From Malacoraja senta (lineage: Eukaryota), in NCBI GenBank assembly GCA_038087875.1, contig CM075995.1:8930001-8994000 (forward strand): 64,000 nucleotides of DNA. The letters are read 5' to 3'. Positions 37,481 through 50,419 of this stretch are shown piece by piece. The first letter of the stretch is position 1; each line of letters begins with the position of its first letter. A program made the translations under genes and the position numbers. Under the pieces are notes generated by a model. It had not been told where the DNA came from, ran no database searches, and saw only the letters and a program-made list of their open reading frames with translations.

Positions 37481-40400
37481 GTACAGTGAAAGTCTTTGTC
37501 GTCCAATAAAGGGTCCCTCATAAGTTCATAAGTGATAGGAGCAGATTTAGGATATTCGGCCCCATCAAGTCTACGCCATTCAATCGTGGCTGATCTATAT
37601 TTCACTCTCAACCCCATTCTCCTGCCTTCTCCTCATAACCCCTGAAACCCGTACCAATCTAGACCCGAAACGTCACCTTTTCTCCAGAGATGCTGCCTGG
37701 CCCACTGAGTTACTCCAGCTTTTTGTGTCTATCATCGGTTTAAACCAGCATCTGCAGTTCCTTCCTACACGTTTTTGTTGGGCTGCAGGTTCATTTGTAT
37801 TTATGGATAGAAGTGTGGATAGAAAGCTGGGTGGCAGAAGGCAAAGTGGCAATAAAGGGGGCATTTTCTGGTTGGCTGCCAGTGACTAGCGGAGTTCCAC
37901 AGGGCTCAGTGCTGGGGCCGCTACTCTTCACGTTGTATGTCAATGATTTGGACGAGGGGATTGAAGGCTTTGTGGCCAAGTTTGCGGATGATACCAAGAT
38001 AGGTCGAGGGGCAGGTAGTGTAGAGAAAGCAGGGACTCTGCAGAAGGACTTGGACAGGTTGGGAGAGTGGGCAGAGAGGTGGAAGATGGAATGTAGTGTA
38101 GCAAAGTGTGGAGTCATGCATTGTGGTAGTAGGAATAAAGGCGTAGACTATTTTCTAAATGGGGATATATCCAGAAATCGGAGGTGCAAAGGGACTTGGG
38201 AGTGCTAGTGCAGGATTCCCAAAATAGCTCATTCACAAGTCGAATCGGTAGTAAGGAAGGCAAACGCAATGCTGGCATTATTTATTTATTTAGAGAGGAC
38301 TAAAGTATAAAAACTGGGATGTAATGTTCCAATAGGCGCTGGTCAGGCCGCTTTTGGAATATTGTGAGCAGTTTTGGGCCCCATATCTGAGGAAGGATGT
38401 GCTGGCTCTGGAGAGGGTCCAGAGGAGATTTACGAGAATGATCCCAGGAATAAGTGGGTTAACATATGATGAGCATTTGACGGCACTGGGCCTGTACTCG
38501 CTGGAGTTTAGATGGATGAGGGGAAACAATACTCCAAATTTTATCCACGATCAAAGAAAAAAAGTGAGATAGACAGACACAAAAAGCTGGAGTACTCAGT
38601 GGGACAGGCAGCATCACTGGAGAGAAGGAAAGGGTGACGTTTCGGGGGGAGACCCTTCTTCAGACTGACCCCGAAACATCACCCATTCCTTCTCTCCAGA
38701 GATGCTGCCTGTCTCACTGAGTTACTCCAGCTTTTTGTGTCTATCTTCGGTTTAAACCAGCATCTGGAGTTCCTTCTTACACAAAAGAAAAGAGATAATA
38801 GTTCAAGTTAATTCTTCAACTTTAGTTGTGTTTGTTGAGGGTTAAACGTTATCCAGAACACCAGGGCAACTCCCTGCATTACTTTGAATCGAGACAACTC
38901 CTCACTCCTGGAATAATACTGAGGAACTTTTATCTTTCTGTAAACAGACAGGCCCTCCAGTTAATCAATGGGAATTTGACCACTCCTTTGTGCAACGAAA
39001 CATTCAGTTCAGTTTAGTTTATTGTCACGTGTTATCGAGGTACAGTGAAACACTTGTCGCGTGCTAACCAGTCAGCGGAAAGATAATACACGATTACAAT
39101 CGATCTATTTACAGTGTACAGGTACAGGATAAGGGAATAACGTTTAGTGCAAGGTAAAGTCCGGTCAAGGATAGTCCGAGGGACATCAAAGAGTAAGAAT
39201 AAGGAGTAAGCCATTTAGAACGGAGACGAGGAAACACTTTTTCTCACAGAGAGTTAGAGATACAGCATGGAAACAGGTTCTCCGGCCCAGCGAGTCCACG
39301 CCGACCAAAGATCACACCTTACACTCGCACTATCTTACACACTGGGGACAATTTACAATTTGTACCAAAGCCAATTAACCTACAAACCTGCACGTCTTTG
39401 GGATGTGCGAAGAAACCGGAGCACCCGGAGAAAACCCCCCACGTTGTCTCAGGGAGAACGTACAAACTCCACAGAGACAGCACCCTTGGTCAGGATCGAA
39501 CCCGTGTCTCTGGCGCTGTGAGGCAGCAACTCTGCCACTGCCTCAAAAAGGCAGGCAGCATCATCAGAGTAACCCACGCCACCCTGGCCACGCTCTCATT
39601 TCACCCCCGCCATCGGGAAGAATGTACAGGAGCCTGAAAACTGTAACGTCCAGGTTCAGGAACAGCTCCTTCCCTACAGCCATCAGGCTATTAAACACTA
39701 CAACCTCCAAATAAGTTCTGAACTACATAGACTTGGGAATGTAGGAAGGAACTGCAGATGCTGGTTTAAACCGCAGATAGACACAAAAATCTGGAATAAC
39801 TCAGCGGGACAGGCAGCATCTCTGGAGAGAAGGAATGGGTGACGTTTCAGGTGCAGATCCTTCTTCAGACTAGAGGGGGTATTATTTTTGTCTATTCTCT
39901 ATTATTATTTGTTCTTTTTTTATAAATTGTGCTGCTGTCTGGAATTGCCTCAGTGGGCGGTGGAGGCAGGTTCTCTGGATGCTTTCAAGAGAGAGCTAGA
40001 TAGGGCTCTTAAAAATAGCAGAGTCAGGGGATATGGGGAGAAGGCAGGAACGGGGTACTGATTGTGCATGTTCAGCCATGATCACATTGAATGGCGGTGC
40101 TGGCTCGAAGGACCGAATGGCCTACTCCTGCACCTATTGTCTATTGACTATTGCTTGCAAGTCAGAATTCAATCGTTTTGTTTCGGGACATGACAATAAA
40201 ACACTCTTGACTCTTGCTACCGAAGATATGCAGTCAGTTCTGGAGCGTGATCAGTCTGTGTTGAGGGAAGGTGCTGCCCTTTGGGTGTGTGATGAGTTTG
40301 ATAACATTGGTGGATGGGGGAGGTATAACCTTTGCGCCAAAGAACATTGCAAAGGACGTCTTATCACATCTGCGCAGTGGAATGTGCATCTCTTCAATCC

Positions 40401-43400
40401 AATGCATTTTCCACTTTGTTACTTTCATAGAGCGTGGCAACAAGCCCTTTGGCCCAACTGGCCCATACCGACCAACATGTGCCATGGACACCAGCCCCAC
40501 CTGCCCGCATTTGGACCATATACCTCTCAACCTGATTCTTGCTATTGAGGGAGTGCAGCGTAGGTTTACAGGCTAATTCCCGGGATGGCGGGACTGTCAT
40601 ATGCTGAGAGAATGGAGCAGCTGGGCTTGTACACTCTGAGGTTTAGAAGGATGAGAGGGAATCTCATTGAAACATATAAGATTGCTAAGGGTTTGGACAC
40701 GCTAGAGGCAGGAAACATGTTCCCGATGTTGGAGGAGTCCAGAACCAGGGGCCACAGTTTAAGAATAATGAGTAAGCCATTTAGAAAGGAGACGGGGAAA
40801 CACTTTTTCTCACAGTGAGTGGTGAGTCTGTGGAATTCTCTGCCTCAGAGGGCGGTGGAGGCAAGTTCTCTGGATGCTTTCAAGAGAGAGCTAGATAGGG
40901 CTCTTAAAAATAGCGGAGTCGGGGGATATGGGGAGAAGGCAGGAACGGGGTACTGATTGGGGATGATCAGCCATGATCACATTGAATGGCTCGAAGGGCC
41001 GAAGGGTCAAATGGAATGGCCTACTCCTGCACCTATTGTCTATTGTCTATAAAAGTGTATAAGATCATGGGATAAATAGATCGGGAAATAGACAGACTCT
41101 TTTACCCAGAACAGGGGAATCAAGAGCCAGAGGACATATGTTTATGGTGGGTGGGAAAGATTTAATATAAACCTGAGGGGCAACTTTTTCATACAAAGGG
41201 TGGGGGGTGAATGGAACGAGCAGCCGGAGGAGGTAGTTGGGGCAGGGGACTATGGCAACGTTGAAGAAACATTTAGACAGGTGCATGGATAGGACAGGTT
41301 TAGAGGGATATGGGCCAAACGCAGGCAGGTGGGACTAATGTCGATGGGGCATGTTGGTTGGCGTGGCGAGATGGGCCGAAGGGCCTGTTTCCGCGCTGTA
41401 TGTCGCTATGACTTTATAATCATCTAACTTCAACTTTTACATTTTCTTCAGAGTGAAAGCCTTGCACTTCTTCCGAGTGGGAGAGAATAATGTTCTGGCC
41501 ACGGCTTCCAGCGATGGCTACATTAAACTGTGGAAGCTGAACGTCGAGGAGGTAGGCATGCATTTCTTTTCATGAATGATGTAATGCTGCCCCGTCAGAG
41601 TTTTCTGTATCGGTGTCTCGCTTCAAGGCAGAGTAATGACGAAGCACATGGTTATTTTTTGTGTCTGTCCGGCTGGATCGGAACATAAAGATCACTAACA
41701 CTATTGCTATTGAGGGAGTGCAGCGTAGGTTTACAAGGTTAATTCCCGGGATGGCGGGACTGTCATATGCTGAGAGAATGGAGCGGCTGGGATTGTACAC
41801 TCTGGAGTTTAGAAGGATGAGAGGGATTCTCTTATTGAAACATATAAGATTGTTAAGGGCTTGGACACGCTAGAGGCAGGAAACATGTTCCCGATGTTGG
41901 GGGAGTCCAGAACCAGGGGCCACAGTTTAAGAATAAGGGGTAAGCCATTTAGAACGGAGATGAGGAAACACTTTTTCTCACAGAGAGTGGTGAGTCTGTG
42001 GAATTCTCTGCCTCAGAGGGCGGTGGAGGCCGGTTCTCTGGATGCTTTCAAGAGAGAGCTAGATAGGGCTCTTAAAAATAGTGGAGTCAGGGGATATGGG
42101 GGAGAAGGCAGGAACGGGGTACTGATTGGGGATGATCAGCCATGATCACATTGAAAGGGTGCTGGCTCGAAGGGCCGAATGGCCTACTCCTGCACCTATT
42201 GTCTATTGTAAAGATCACTAATGCACACAGCTGGAGCACAATGGAAACATCTCTACAAGCGGTACAGTGGCGCAGTGGTAGAGTTGCTGCCTTGCAGCGC
42301 TAGAAAGCCATGTTCGCTCCTAGCTACGGGCGTTGGCTGTATGGAATTTGTACATTCTCCCTGTGACCGCGTGGGTTTTCTCCAGTTTCCTCCCACACTC
42401 CAAACTAGTAGTCCAGGTTTGGAGTTTAATTAGCCTCTGTAAATTTTAAATATTCCCTGGTGTGCAGGATAGTGCTAGTATACGGGGAGATGGCTAGTCG
42501 GTGCAGATGCGGTGGGCAGAAGGGCCTTTTTCCATGCTGTATCTCTAAACTCTACAGTCAAGACCAAAAACCAGATTATAAACCGGAATCTGCAGCTCCT
42601 TGTATCTGAAATGGAAATGGATAAGACCATAGGAGTAGAATCAGGCCATTTGGTCCATCGAGTCTTGTCCGTCATTCAATCGTGGCTGATGTATCTCTCC
42701 CTCTCAACCCCATTCTCCTGCCTTCTCCCCACACCCCTGACACATTTACCAATCAAGAACTTGTCAATCTCCACTTTAAAAATACCCAATGATGGCCTCC
42801 ACAGCTGTCTGTGGCAATGAATTCACCACTCTCTGGGTAAATAGATTCCTCCTCGTCTTCATTCTAAAGGTACGGCCCTTTATTCTGAAACTAAATGATT
42901 GGAATTATGTTCTGATCTGAAACATCATCTGTCCGTTCCCTCCTCAGATACTGCCCGACCCTCTGTTCACCTCCAGTATTTTAGTATGTTGTTCCAAAGA
43001 GACTTGTGAATGGAAACAAAATTGTGAAACGTGTTTAAGCCCAAAAGTGAACTCTTGCAAATAAATGATATTTGGAAAGAAAAAGCTCAGAAAATTCATC
43101 AGTTGAGCAGTTAGTGTTTTGGGTGTAAAGTTAATCTTTTTTCTCTCAAGTCTAGGGGCTAATGGAATCAAGGGATAATGGGGTGAAGGCATGCACGGGT
43201 TATTGATTGGGGATGATCAGCCATGATCGCATTGAATGGCGGTGCTGGCTCGGCGGGCCGAATGGCCTCCTCCTGCACCTATTGTCTATGTTTCTATGTC
43301 TGAGGAAATAAAATGGCATCAGGGGAGTTATTTTTAATTAGAGGACAGAAGACATAAACGGAAGGGCACAGAGTGCTGGAGTAACTCAGCGGGTCAGGCA

Positions 43401-46400
43401 GCATCTGTGGAGAACATGGATAGGTGACGTTTCACAGAGTGCTGGAGTAACTCAGCGGGTCAGGCAGCATCTGTGGAGAACATGGATAGGTGACGTTTCA
43501 CAGAGTGCTGGAGTAACTCAGCGGGTCAGGCAGCATCTGTGGAGAACATGGATAGGTGACGTTTCACAGAGTGCTGGAGTAACTCAGCGGGTCAGGCAGC
43601 ATCTGTGGAGAACATGGATAGGTGACGTTTCACAGAGTGCTGGAGTAACCCAGCGGGTCAGGCAGCATCTGTGGAGAACATGGATAGGTGACGTTTCACA
43701 GAGTGCTGGAGTAACTCAGCGGGTCAGGCAGCATCTGTGGAGAACATGGATAGGTGACGTTTCTGGTTGGGACCCTACTGCAGACCAAAGAAGGGTCTCG
43801 ACCAGAATAATCACCTATCCATGTTCTCCAGAGATGCTGCCTGACCCACTGAGTTACTCCAGCACTCTGTGAAACGTCACCTATCCATGTTCTCCACAGA
43901 TGCTGCCTGACCCGCTGAGTTACTCCAGCACTCTGTGAAACGTCACCTATCCATGTTCTCCACAGATGCTGCCTGACCCGCTGAGTTACTACAGCACTCT
44001 TTGTTTTGTTTGTTTAAACATTAACGTAATTATTGGCTTAAAGGTCTCTGGTGCACGTCTGTGGATGATGTCTACGATTTATATCTATTTTTGTTTTAGA
44101 TTCAGAAATGTCCAGAACTGCTCAGTGAAGTCAACACCAAAGCTCGGCTCACCTGTCTAGCCGTGTGGCTGTCAAATGTCACACAAGGAGTGGCAGATAA
44201 AGGCGCACACGGACAAGGTATAGAGACACATTTCCACTCTCCAAGTATCTTCCTAATTTGAGGAAGGACATTCTTGCTATTGAGGGAGTGCAGCGTAGGT
44301 TTACAAGGTTGATTCCTGGGATGGCGGGACTGTCATATGCTGAGAGAATGGAGCAGCTGGGCTTGTACACTCTGGAGTTTAGAAGGATGAGAGGATATCT
44401 CATTGAAACATATAAGATTGTTAAGGGCTTGGACACGCTAGAGGCAGGAAACATGTTCCCGATGTTGGGGGAGTCCAGAACCAGGGGCCCAGTTTAAGAA
44501 TAAGGAGTAAGCCATTTAGAACGGAGACGAGGAAACACTTTTTCACACAGAGAGTGGTGAGTCTGTGGAATTCCCTGCCTCAGAGGGCGGTGGAGGCAGG
44601 TTCTCTGGATGCTTTCAAGAGAGAGCTAGATAGGGCTCTTAAAAATAGCAGTATGGGGATATGGGGAGAAGGCAGGAACGGGGTACTGATTGGGGATGAT
44701 CAGCCATGATCACATTGAGTGGCGGTGCTGGCTCGAAGGGCGGAATGGCCTACTCCTGCACCTATTGTCTATTGTCTATCCCTGCTCCTGCAATTCTCCC
44801 TATCCAGCATTCACTGTTTTAATTGCTCGTATGTTGGGCAGTGTTCTCGCCCTGAACCATCGAGTTATCTCGGTTCCTCCCGTTAACTTGGTCCTTGCAA
44901 GCTACACTTTTGACCAAAACGTTCGGCCGGCTGCTCGTCCGAGAGTGGGCGGTGTTGTAAACTGCGAAGATAGTTCAACAAGATCTTGATCAAGCTGGAA
45001 AGGGTACAGAGAGGATTTACAAGAATGTTGCCAGGGCAAGAGGGATCTGAGCTGTAGGGAGAGGTTGAGCAGGCTGGGACTCTATTGATCTTATTGAGGT
45101 GTACAAAATCATGAAGGGGAATAGTTCGGGTCGACACACAGTCCCTCTTGCCCAGAGTAGGTGAATCGAGGACCAGAGGACATAGGTTGAAGGTGAAGGG
45201 GAAAAGATTTAATAGGAGTCTGAGGGGAAACTTTTTCACACAAAGGGCGGAGGGTGTATGGAACAAGCTGCCAGAAGAGGTAGTTGAGGCTGGGACTATC
45301 TCAATATTTAATAAACAGCTACACAAGTACATGGATAGGACAGGTTTGAGGGTTATGGACCAAACGCAGGCAGGTGGGACTAGTGCAGCTGGGGCATGTT
45401 GGCCGGTGTGGGCAAGTGGGGCCAAAGGGCCTGTTTCCACACTGTATCACTCTTACTCTATGACTCTAAGCGGGCTGAGGAATGGCTAATGGAGTTTAAT
45501 GTCGATAGGTATGAGGCGTTGAGGTGAAGTCAAACCAGGGCAGGATTTTCACTGAGGCAAGGGCACATTGGCAGGGCTCTGGGGAGTGTTGTAGAGCAGA
45601 GGGATCTAGGAGTGCAGGTACATGGTTCCTTGAACTATGGTGCACAGCCATCAGGCTATTAAACACAACATCAAATAAGCTCTGAACAATAACAGTCTAT
45701 TATTATTTTTGCACTATATCTGTTTATTTATTGTGTATATATGGTCTATGGACACACCAAACTTTTATCTTCCGTTTTGTACTATATTTACAATATTCTG
45801 TTGTGCTGCAGCAAGTAAGAATTTCATTGTCCTATCTGGGACACATGACAATAAAACACTCTTGACTCTTGAAAGTGGCGTCACAGGTAGATAGGTGTGG
45901 TCAAGAAGTCTTTGATACATTGACCTTCATCAGTCAGTATATTGAGAAGAGAAGTTGGTACGTTATGTTAAAGTTGTATTATACATCAGCTCTGGGGAGT
46001 GTTGTAGATCCAAGGGATCTAGGTATATAATTGCCAGCAAGAGACATCAATAGACAATAGACAATAGGTGCAGGAGAAGGCCATTTGGCCCTTCGAGCCA
46101 GCACCGCCATTCAATGTGATCATGGCTGATCATCCTCAATCAGTACCCCGTTCCTGCTTTCTCCCCATATCCCCTGACTCTGCTATTTTTAAGAGCCCTA
46201 TCTAGCTCTCTCTTGAAAGTATCCAGAGAACCGGCCTCCACCGCCCTCTGAGGTAGAGAATTCCACACTCACCACTATCTGTGAGAAAAAGTGTTTCCTC
46301 GTCTCCGTTCTAAATGGCTTACTCCTTATTCTTAAACTGTGGCCCCTGGTTCTGGACTCCCCCAACATCGGGAACATGTGTCCTGCCTCTAGTGTGTCCA

Positions 46401-47662
46401 AGCCCTTAACAATCACAGGTAGATATGGTGGTGAAGAAGGCTTTTGGCATGTTGACCTTCACCAGTCACAGCGGTGCTGGCTCGAAGGTCCGAAAGGCCG
46501 ACTCCTGCACCTATTGTCTATTGTACAGAAGTTGGAATGCTATGTCACTTCATTATTTTCCAGACATGTTTATTAATCATCAATACTGGCACATTTGTAG
46601 TTACAAAAAACATATTAAATATTTGGAACAGAATGTTGAAGTCCACTTTTCCCAAGTTTATTGCGACATACCACAATAAAATAAATGAAGATTGGATATT
46701 CAAATGATTTTAGAAGTTGGTGAACTGCTTTAAATGTGAATGTAGTATTTAAATGTCATTTAGTTTAGAGGTACAGTTATAATTATGCAGAGATATTGCT
46801 ACAAGAATGATGTTGTCAAGTTGGAAAGGGTGCAGAGATTTACAAGGATATTGCCGGAACCCGAGGGCCTGAGCTATAAGGAGAGGTTGGGCATGCTAGG
46901 TCCTTATTCCTTGGAATGCAGGAGGATGAGGGGGTGATCTTATAGAGGTGTATAAGATCATGCGGGGGATAGGTTGAATGCACAGAATCCTTTACCCAGA
47001 GTAAGTGGATCAAGAACCAGAGGACATAGGTTTAAGGTGAAGGGGGAAAGATTTGATAGGAATCTAATAATAATAATAATAATAAATTTTATTTATGGGC
47101 GCCTTTCAAAAGTCTCAAGGACACCTTACAAAGTTTAACATGTAAGCGGAAATAAATAAATATTAAAGACATCACGAGTACACAAATTAAAGCCAGTATT
47201 TAATCCAAAAACAAAAATCAAAAACACACTATGGAAGATATCTGAGGGGCAACTGTTTCACACAAGGTGGTGGGTGTATAGAACAAGCTGCAGGGACTAT
47301 CACAACATTTGAAATACAGTTAGGCAGGTACTTGGATAGGATAGGGTTGGAGGGATATGGGCCAAACGCAGGCAGGTGGGACTAGTATAGATGGGGCATC
47401 TTAATCGGCATGGGCATGTTGGGCCGAAGGGCCTGTATCCGTGCCGTACGACTAATTGTTCTCTTGAGTTTTTAAACTATTTTCCCGCGTTTGTTCTTTT
47501 GCAGAAGATGCAGCTACGAATAAATGTTTTAAAGAAAATAAAAATAAAATGGAGGCAACTCTCTCGGTCGGAGCCACACCTCCAGAGACAAAGCGGCAAA
47601 TTTTACACAAGAGAAAAACAATTGTTAAGACAAAGGCGAAAACAAAGAAAATTAAGCAATAA
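37383..47662 (+). CDS. PAK1IP1: p21-activated kinase-interacting protein 1 (WD40, Mak11 homolog), last four exons, 5'-partial
   Basis: Exons 37383-37480, 41452-41551, 44100-44217 and 47505-47662 join in frame; WD40 motifs CEFKAHETRVK, TASSDGYIKLW and NTKARLTCLAVW, plus a Lys-rich tail. Confidence 0.93.
37795..38525 (+). mobile_element. CR1 LINE fragment, divergent subfamily (related piece at about 5590-5925 minus)
   Basis: SGVPQGSVLGPLLF...[12 protein letters not shown]. Confidence 0.85.
41452..41551 (+). CDS. PAK1IP1: PAK1IP1 exon (VKALHFFRVGENNVLATASSDGYIKLWKLNVEE)
   Basis: 100 nt, ttttcttcag acceptor, gtaggc donor; WD40 repeat end. Confidence 0.94.
43367..44000. repeat. 66-bp tandem array (6 units) plus about 3 inverted units, Penelope-derived
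   Basis: Units at 43367, 43433, 43499, 43565, 43631 and 43697; inverted copies about 43811-44000. Confidence 0.92.
44100..44217 (+). CDS. PAK1IP1: PAK1IP1 exon (IQKCPELLSEVNTKARLTCLAVWLSNVTQGVADKGAHGQ)
   Basis: 118 nt, ttgttttag acceptor, gtatag donor; conserved ARLTCLxVW. Confidence 0.93.
47505..47662 (+). CDS. PAK1IP1: PAK1IP1 terminal coding exon, Lys-rich tail (...KRKTIVKTKAKTKKIKQ*)
   Basis: ttgttcttttgcag acceptor, phase-compatible, TAA at 47660-47662, followed by an AT-rich UTR. Confidence 0.85.
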
Positions 47663-47813
47663 ATGAACTTGAAATGAACTCTTTCCTTTAGGGTGAAGAA
47701 AATATGCAGCCATGGCATTTTTTACGGTTTATGTATTTGTAAAAAAAAATGTGTAGAAGATATTGGCATTCTCCAGACAGACTGCTTTCTTACAGTTAAT
47801 CTTGATACCACAA

Positions 47814-47819
47814 AATAAA
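47814..47819 (+). terminator. Candidate polyadenylation signal of PAK1IP1
   Basis: AATAAA about 150 nt after the stop codon. Confidence 0.55.
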
Positions 47820-49475
47820 AATATGTTTAATTACTAGATTATTATTAATTTGGGAATTTGAAGTCCAGTTACCAGATTAGAACCTGCTTTTAGCGGTGAG
47901 CTTTGGAGTCACACTGCATGGAAGAGGATCCTTTGGCCCGATTTGACCATGCAGACCAAGATAGCCCATCCAAGGTCGTACCTGTCCGATTGTCTTTTAA
48001 ATGCTGTCACACTACCTGTCCTGCTGAAGTTACTCCAGCATTTTGTGTGTGTTATCTTCGACGTGAATCAGCATCTGCGTTCTTCCTACACATACTACCT
48101 TAGTGATTAGTTTATTGTCACCTGTACCGAGGTACAGTGAAAAGCTTTTGTCGCGTGCTAACCAGTCAGTGGAAAGACTAGGCTGAAGAAGAAGGGTCTC
48201 TACCCAAAACGTCACCCATTCCTTCTCTCCAAAGATGCTGCCTGTCCCGCTGAGTTACTCCAGCTTTCTGTGTCTATCTTCGAAAGACTGTACATGATTA
48301 CAATCGAGCCATTGTCTGGAATTCTCTGCCTCAGAGGGCAGTGGAGGCCGGTTCTCTGGATACTTTCAAGAGAGAGTTAGATAGGGCTCTTAAAGAGGGC
48401 GGAGTCAGGGGATATGGGGAGAAGGCAGGAACAGGGTACTGATTGGAGTTGATCAGCCATGATCACATTGAATGGCGGTGCTGGCTCGAAGGGCCGAATG
48501 GCCTACTGCACCTATTGTCTATTGTCTATTTACAGTGTACGGATAAAGGGAATATCGTGAATAGCATTCAGTGCAAGATAAAGCCAGTAAAGTCGGATCA
48601 AAGATAGTCCGAGGGTCTCCCATGAGTTAGATAGTAGTTCAGGACTGCTCTCTAGTTGTTGGTGGGATGGTTCAGTTGCCTGATAACAGCATGGAACTAC
48701 TCTAACTACTTCCTCTCGCAGCTCATTCCATGTCCCCGTCACCCACCGTGAAAATGTTTCCGATCAGGTTCCTATTAAATCTTCTTTCTTTCATTGATTC
48801 TCCAACCCTGGTTAAAGACGTTCATAGTGCGTTCACTCTGAGCATTGTCCATGCTCGGTGTTAGAATAATGAATGCACCCTTTCCATTCACCCTTCCCCT
48901 TCCATTATGGTTGCTAACCATTTTAGAAACATTGAAAATAGGTGCAGGAGTAGGCCATTCGGCCCTTCAAGCCAGCACCGCCATTTAATATGATCATGGC
49001 TGGTTATCCAAAATGATCATGGCTGATCATCCAAAATCAGTACCCCATTCCTGCGTTCTCCCCATATCCCTTGATTCCATTAACCCTAAGAGCTAAATCT
49101 AACTCCCTCTTGAAAACATCCAGTGAATTGGCCTCCATTGCCTTCTGTGGCAGAGAATTCCACAGATTCACCCTTACTCTTAAACTGTGACCCTGGTTCT
49201 GGACTCCCCCAACATCGGGAACATTTTCCTGCATCTAGCCTATCCAATCCCATGAATTTTATGTTTCTATAAGATCCACTCACATCCTTCTAAATTCCAG
49301 TGACTATAAGCCCAGTCAATCCATTCTTTCATATTTAATTCCTAATTCCCCGGCAAACGGCTAACAATGGCCTGTTTTCCTGATCATCATTACTTTTTTG
49401 CATTTCTTTTATTCGTTTGTTCTATGTCTCTCTACATCATTGTCTATATCTCTCATTTCCCTTTCCCCTGACTCT

Positions 49476-49510
49476 CAGTCTGAAGAAGGGTCTCGACCCG
49501 AAACGTCACC
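49476..49510 (+). ncRNA. Minimal type I hammerhead ribozyme motif in a Penelope-derived repeat
   Basis: CTGAAGA-A-GGGTC(TC)GACCC-GAAA-CG-TC: catalytic core boxes, stem II and a minimal palindromic stem III. Confidence 0.65.
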
Positions 49511-50029
49511 CATTCCTTCTCTCCAGAGATGCTGCCTGTCCCGCTGAGTTACTCCAGCACTTTGCATCTATCTTTAGTTTAAACCAGCATCTGCAGTTCC
49601 TTCCTACACATAGTATCTGAACACAGCCTCAGAATTAAAGGATCTTTTAGGAAGGAGAGGAGGGGAAATTTATTTAGTCAGAGGGTGGTGAATCTGTGGA
49701 TTTTCTTTGTTAATCCTTTGTAGAGGCTTTTTTTAAGGACAGATAGATTCTTGATTGGTACGGGTGTTAGAGGTTATGGGGAGAAGGCAGGAGAATGGGG
49801 TTAGGTGGGAGAGATAGATCAGCCATGATTGAATCTTCTCTCCAGAGATGCTGCCTGTCCCGCTGAGTTACTCCAGCATTTTGTGTCTACCGGCGGAGTA
49901 GACCGAATGGCCCATTAATTCTACTCCTGTCACTTGTGACTTTTCGAAACGTCACCTGTGCATGTTCTCCAGAGATGCTGAGTTACTCCAGCACTTTTTC
50001 TTTTGTAAACAGGCACCTGCACTTCCCCC

Positions 50030-50337
50030 TCCCGCCGAGCATGCGCAGTGACCTCCCCATGACATTGACGGCGAAGGTGGCGCGGCGCGGTGGTGCGCAT
50101 GCCCAGTGCAGTCCCGCCGGGCCCGGTGATGCGCACGCCCAGTGCAGTCCCGCCCGGGCCCGGGGATGCGCATGCCCAGGTCCGTCCCGCCGGGCCCGGT
50201 GATGCGCATGCCCAGTGCAGTCCCGCCCGGGCCCGGGGATGCGCATGCCCAGTGCAGTCCCGCCCGGGCCCGGTGGTGCGCATGCCCAGTGCAGTCCCGC
50301 CCGGTGAGGGGACGACGGACGACGGACGACGGACAAC
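50030..50337 (+). promoter_or_regulatory. TMEM14C CpG promoter with six 36-37 bp tandem units, each with an NRF1-like site and a GC box
   Basis: Units start at 50094, 50130, 50167, 50203, 50240 and 50277, consensus TGCGCATGCCCAGTGCAGTCCCGCCCGGGCCCGGTGA. Confidence 0.75.
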
Positions 50338-50419
50338 ATGGCGGCAGCGACGGACTGGCCCGGCTTCGGATACGCGGCGCTGGTGGCGGCCGGCGGGCTG
50401 CTCGGATACGTCAAAGCGG
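50338..50419 (+). CDS. TMEM14C: TMEM14C coding exon 1 ([27 protein letters not shown])
   Basis: aacATGG Kozak, 82 nt, gtgaga donor. Confidence 0.93.

Noticed and set aside
43367..43762. Regular repeat array resembling CRISPR
   Set aside because: Units are contiguous and near-identical with no unique spacers; eukaryotic context and no cas genes.
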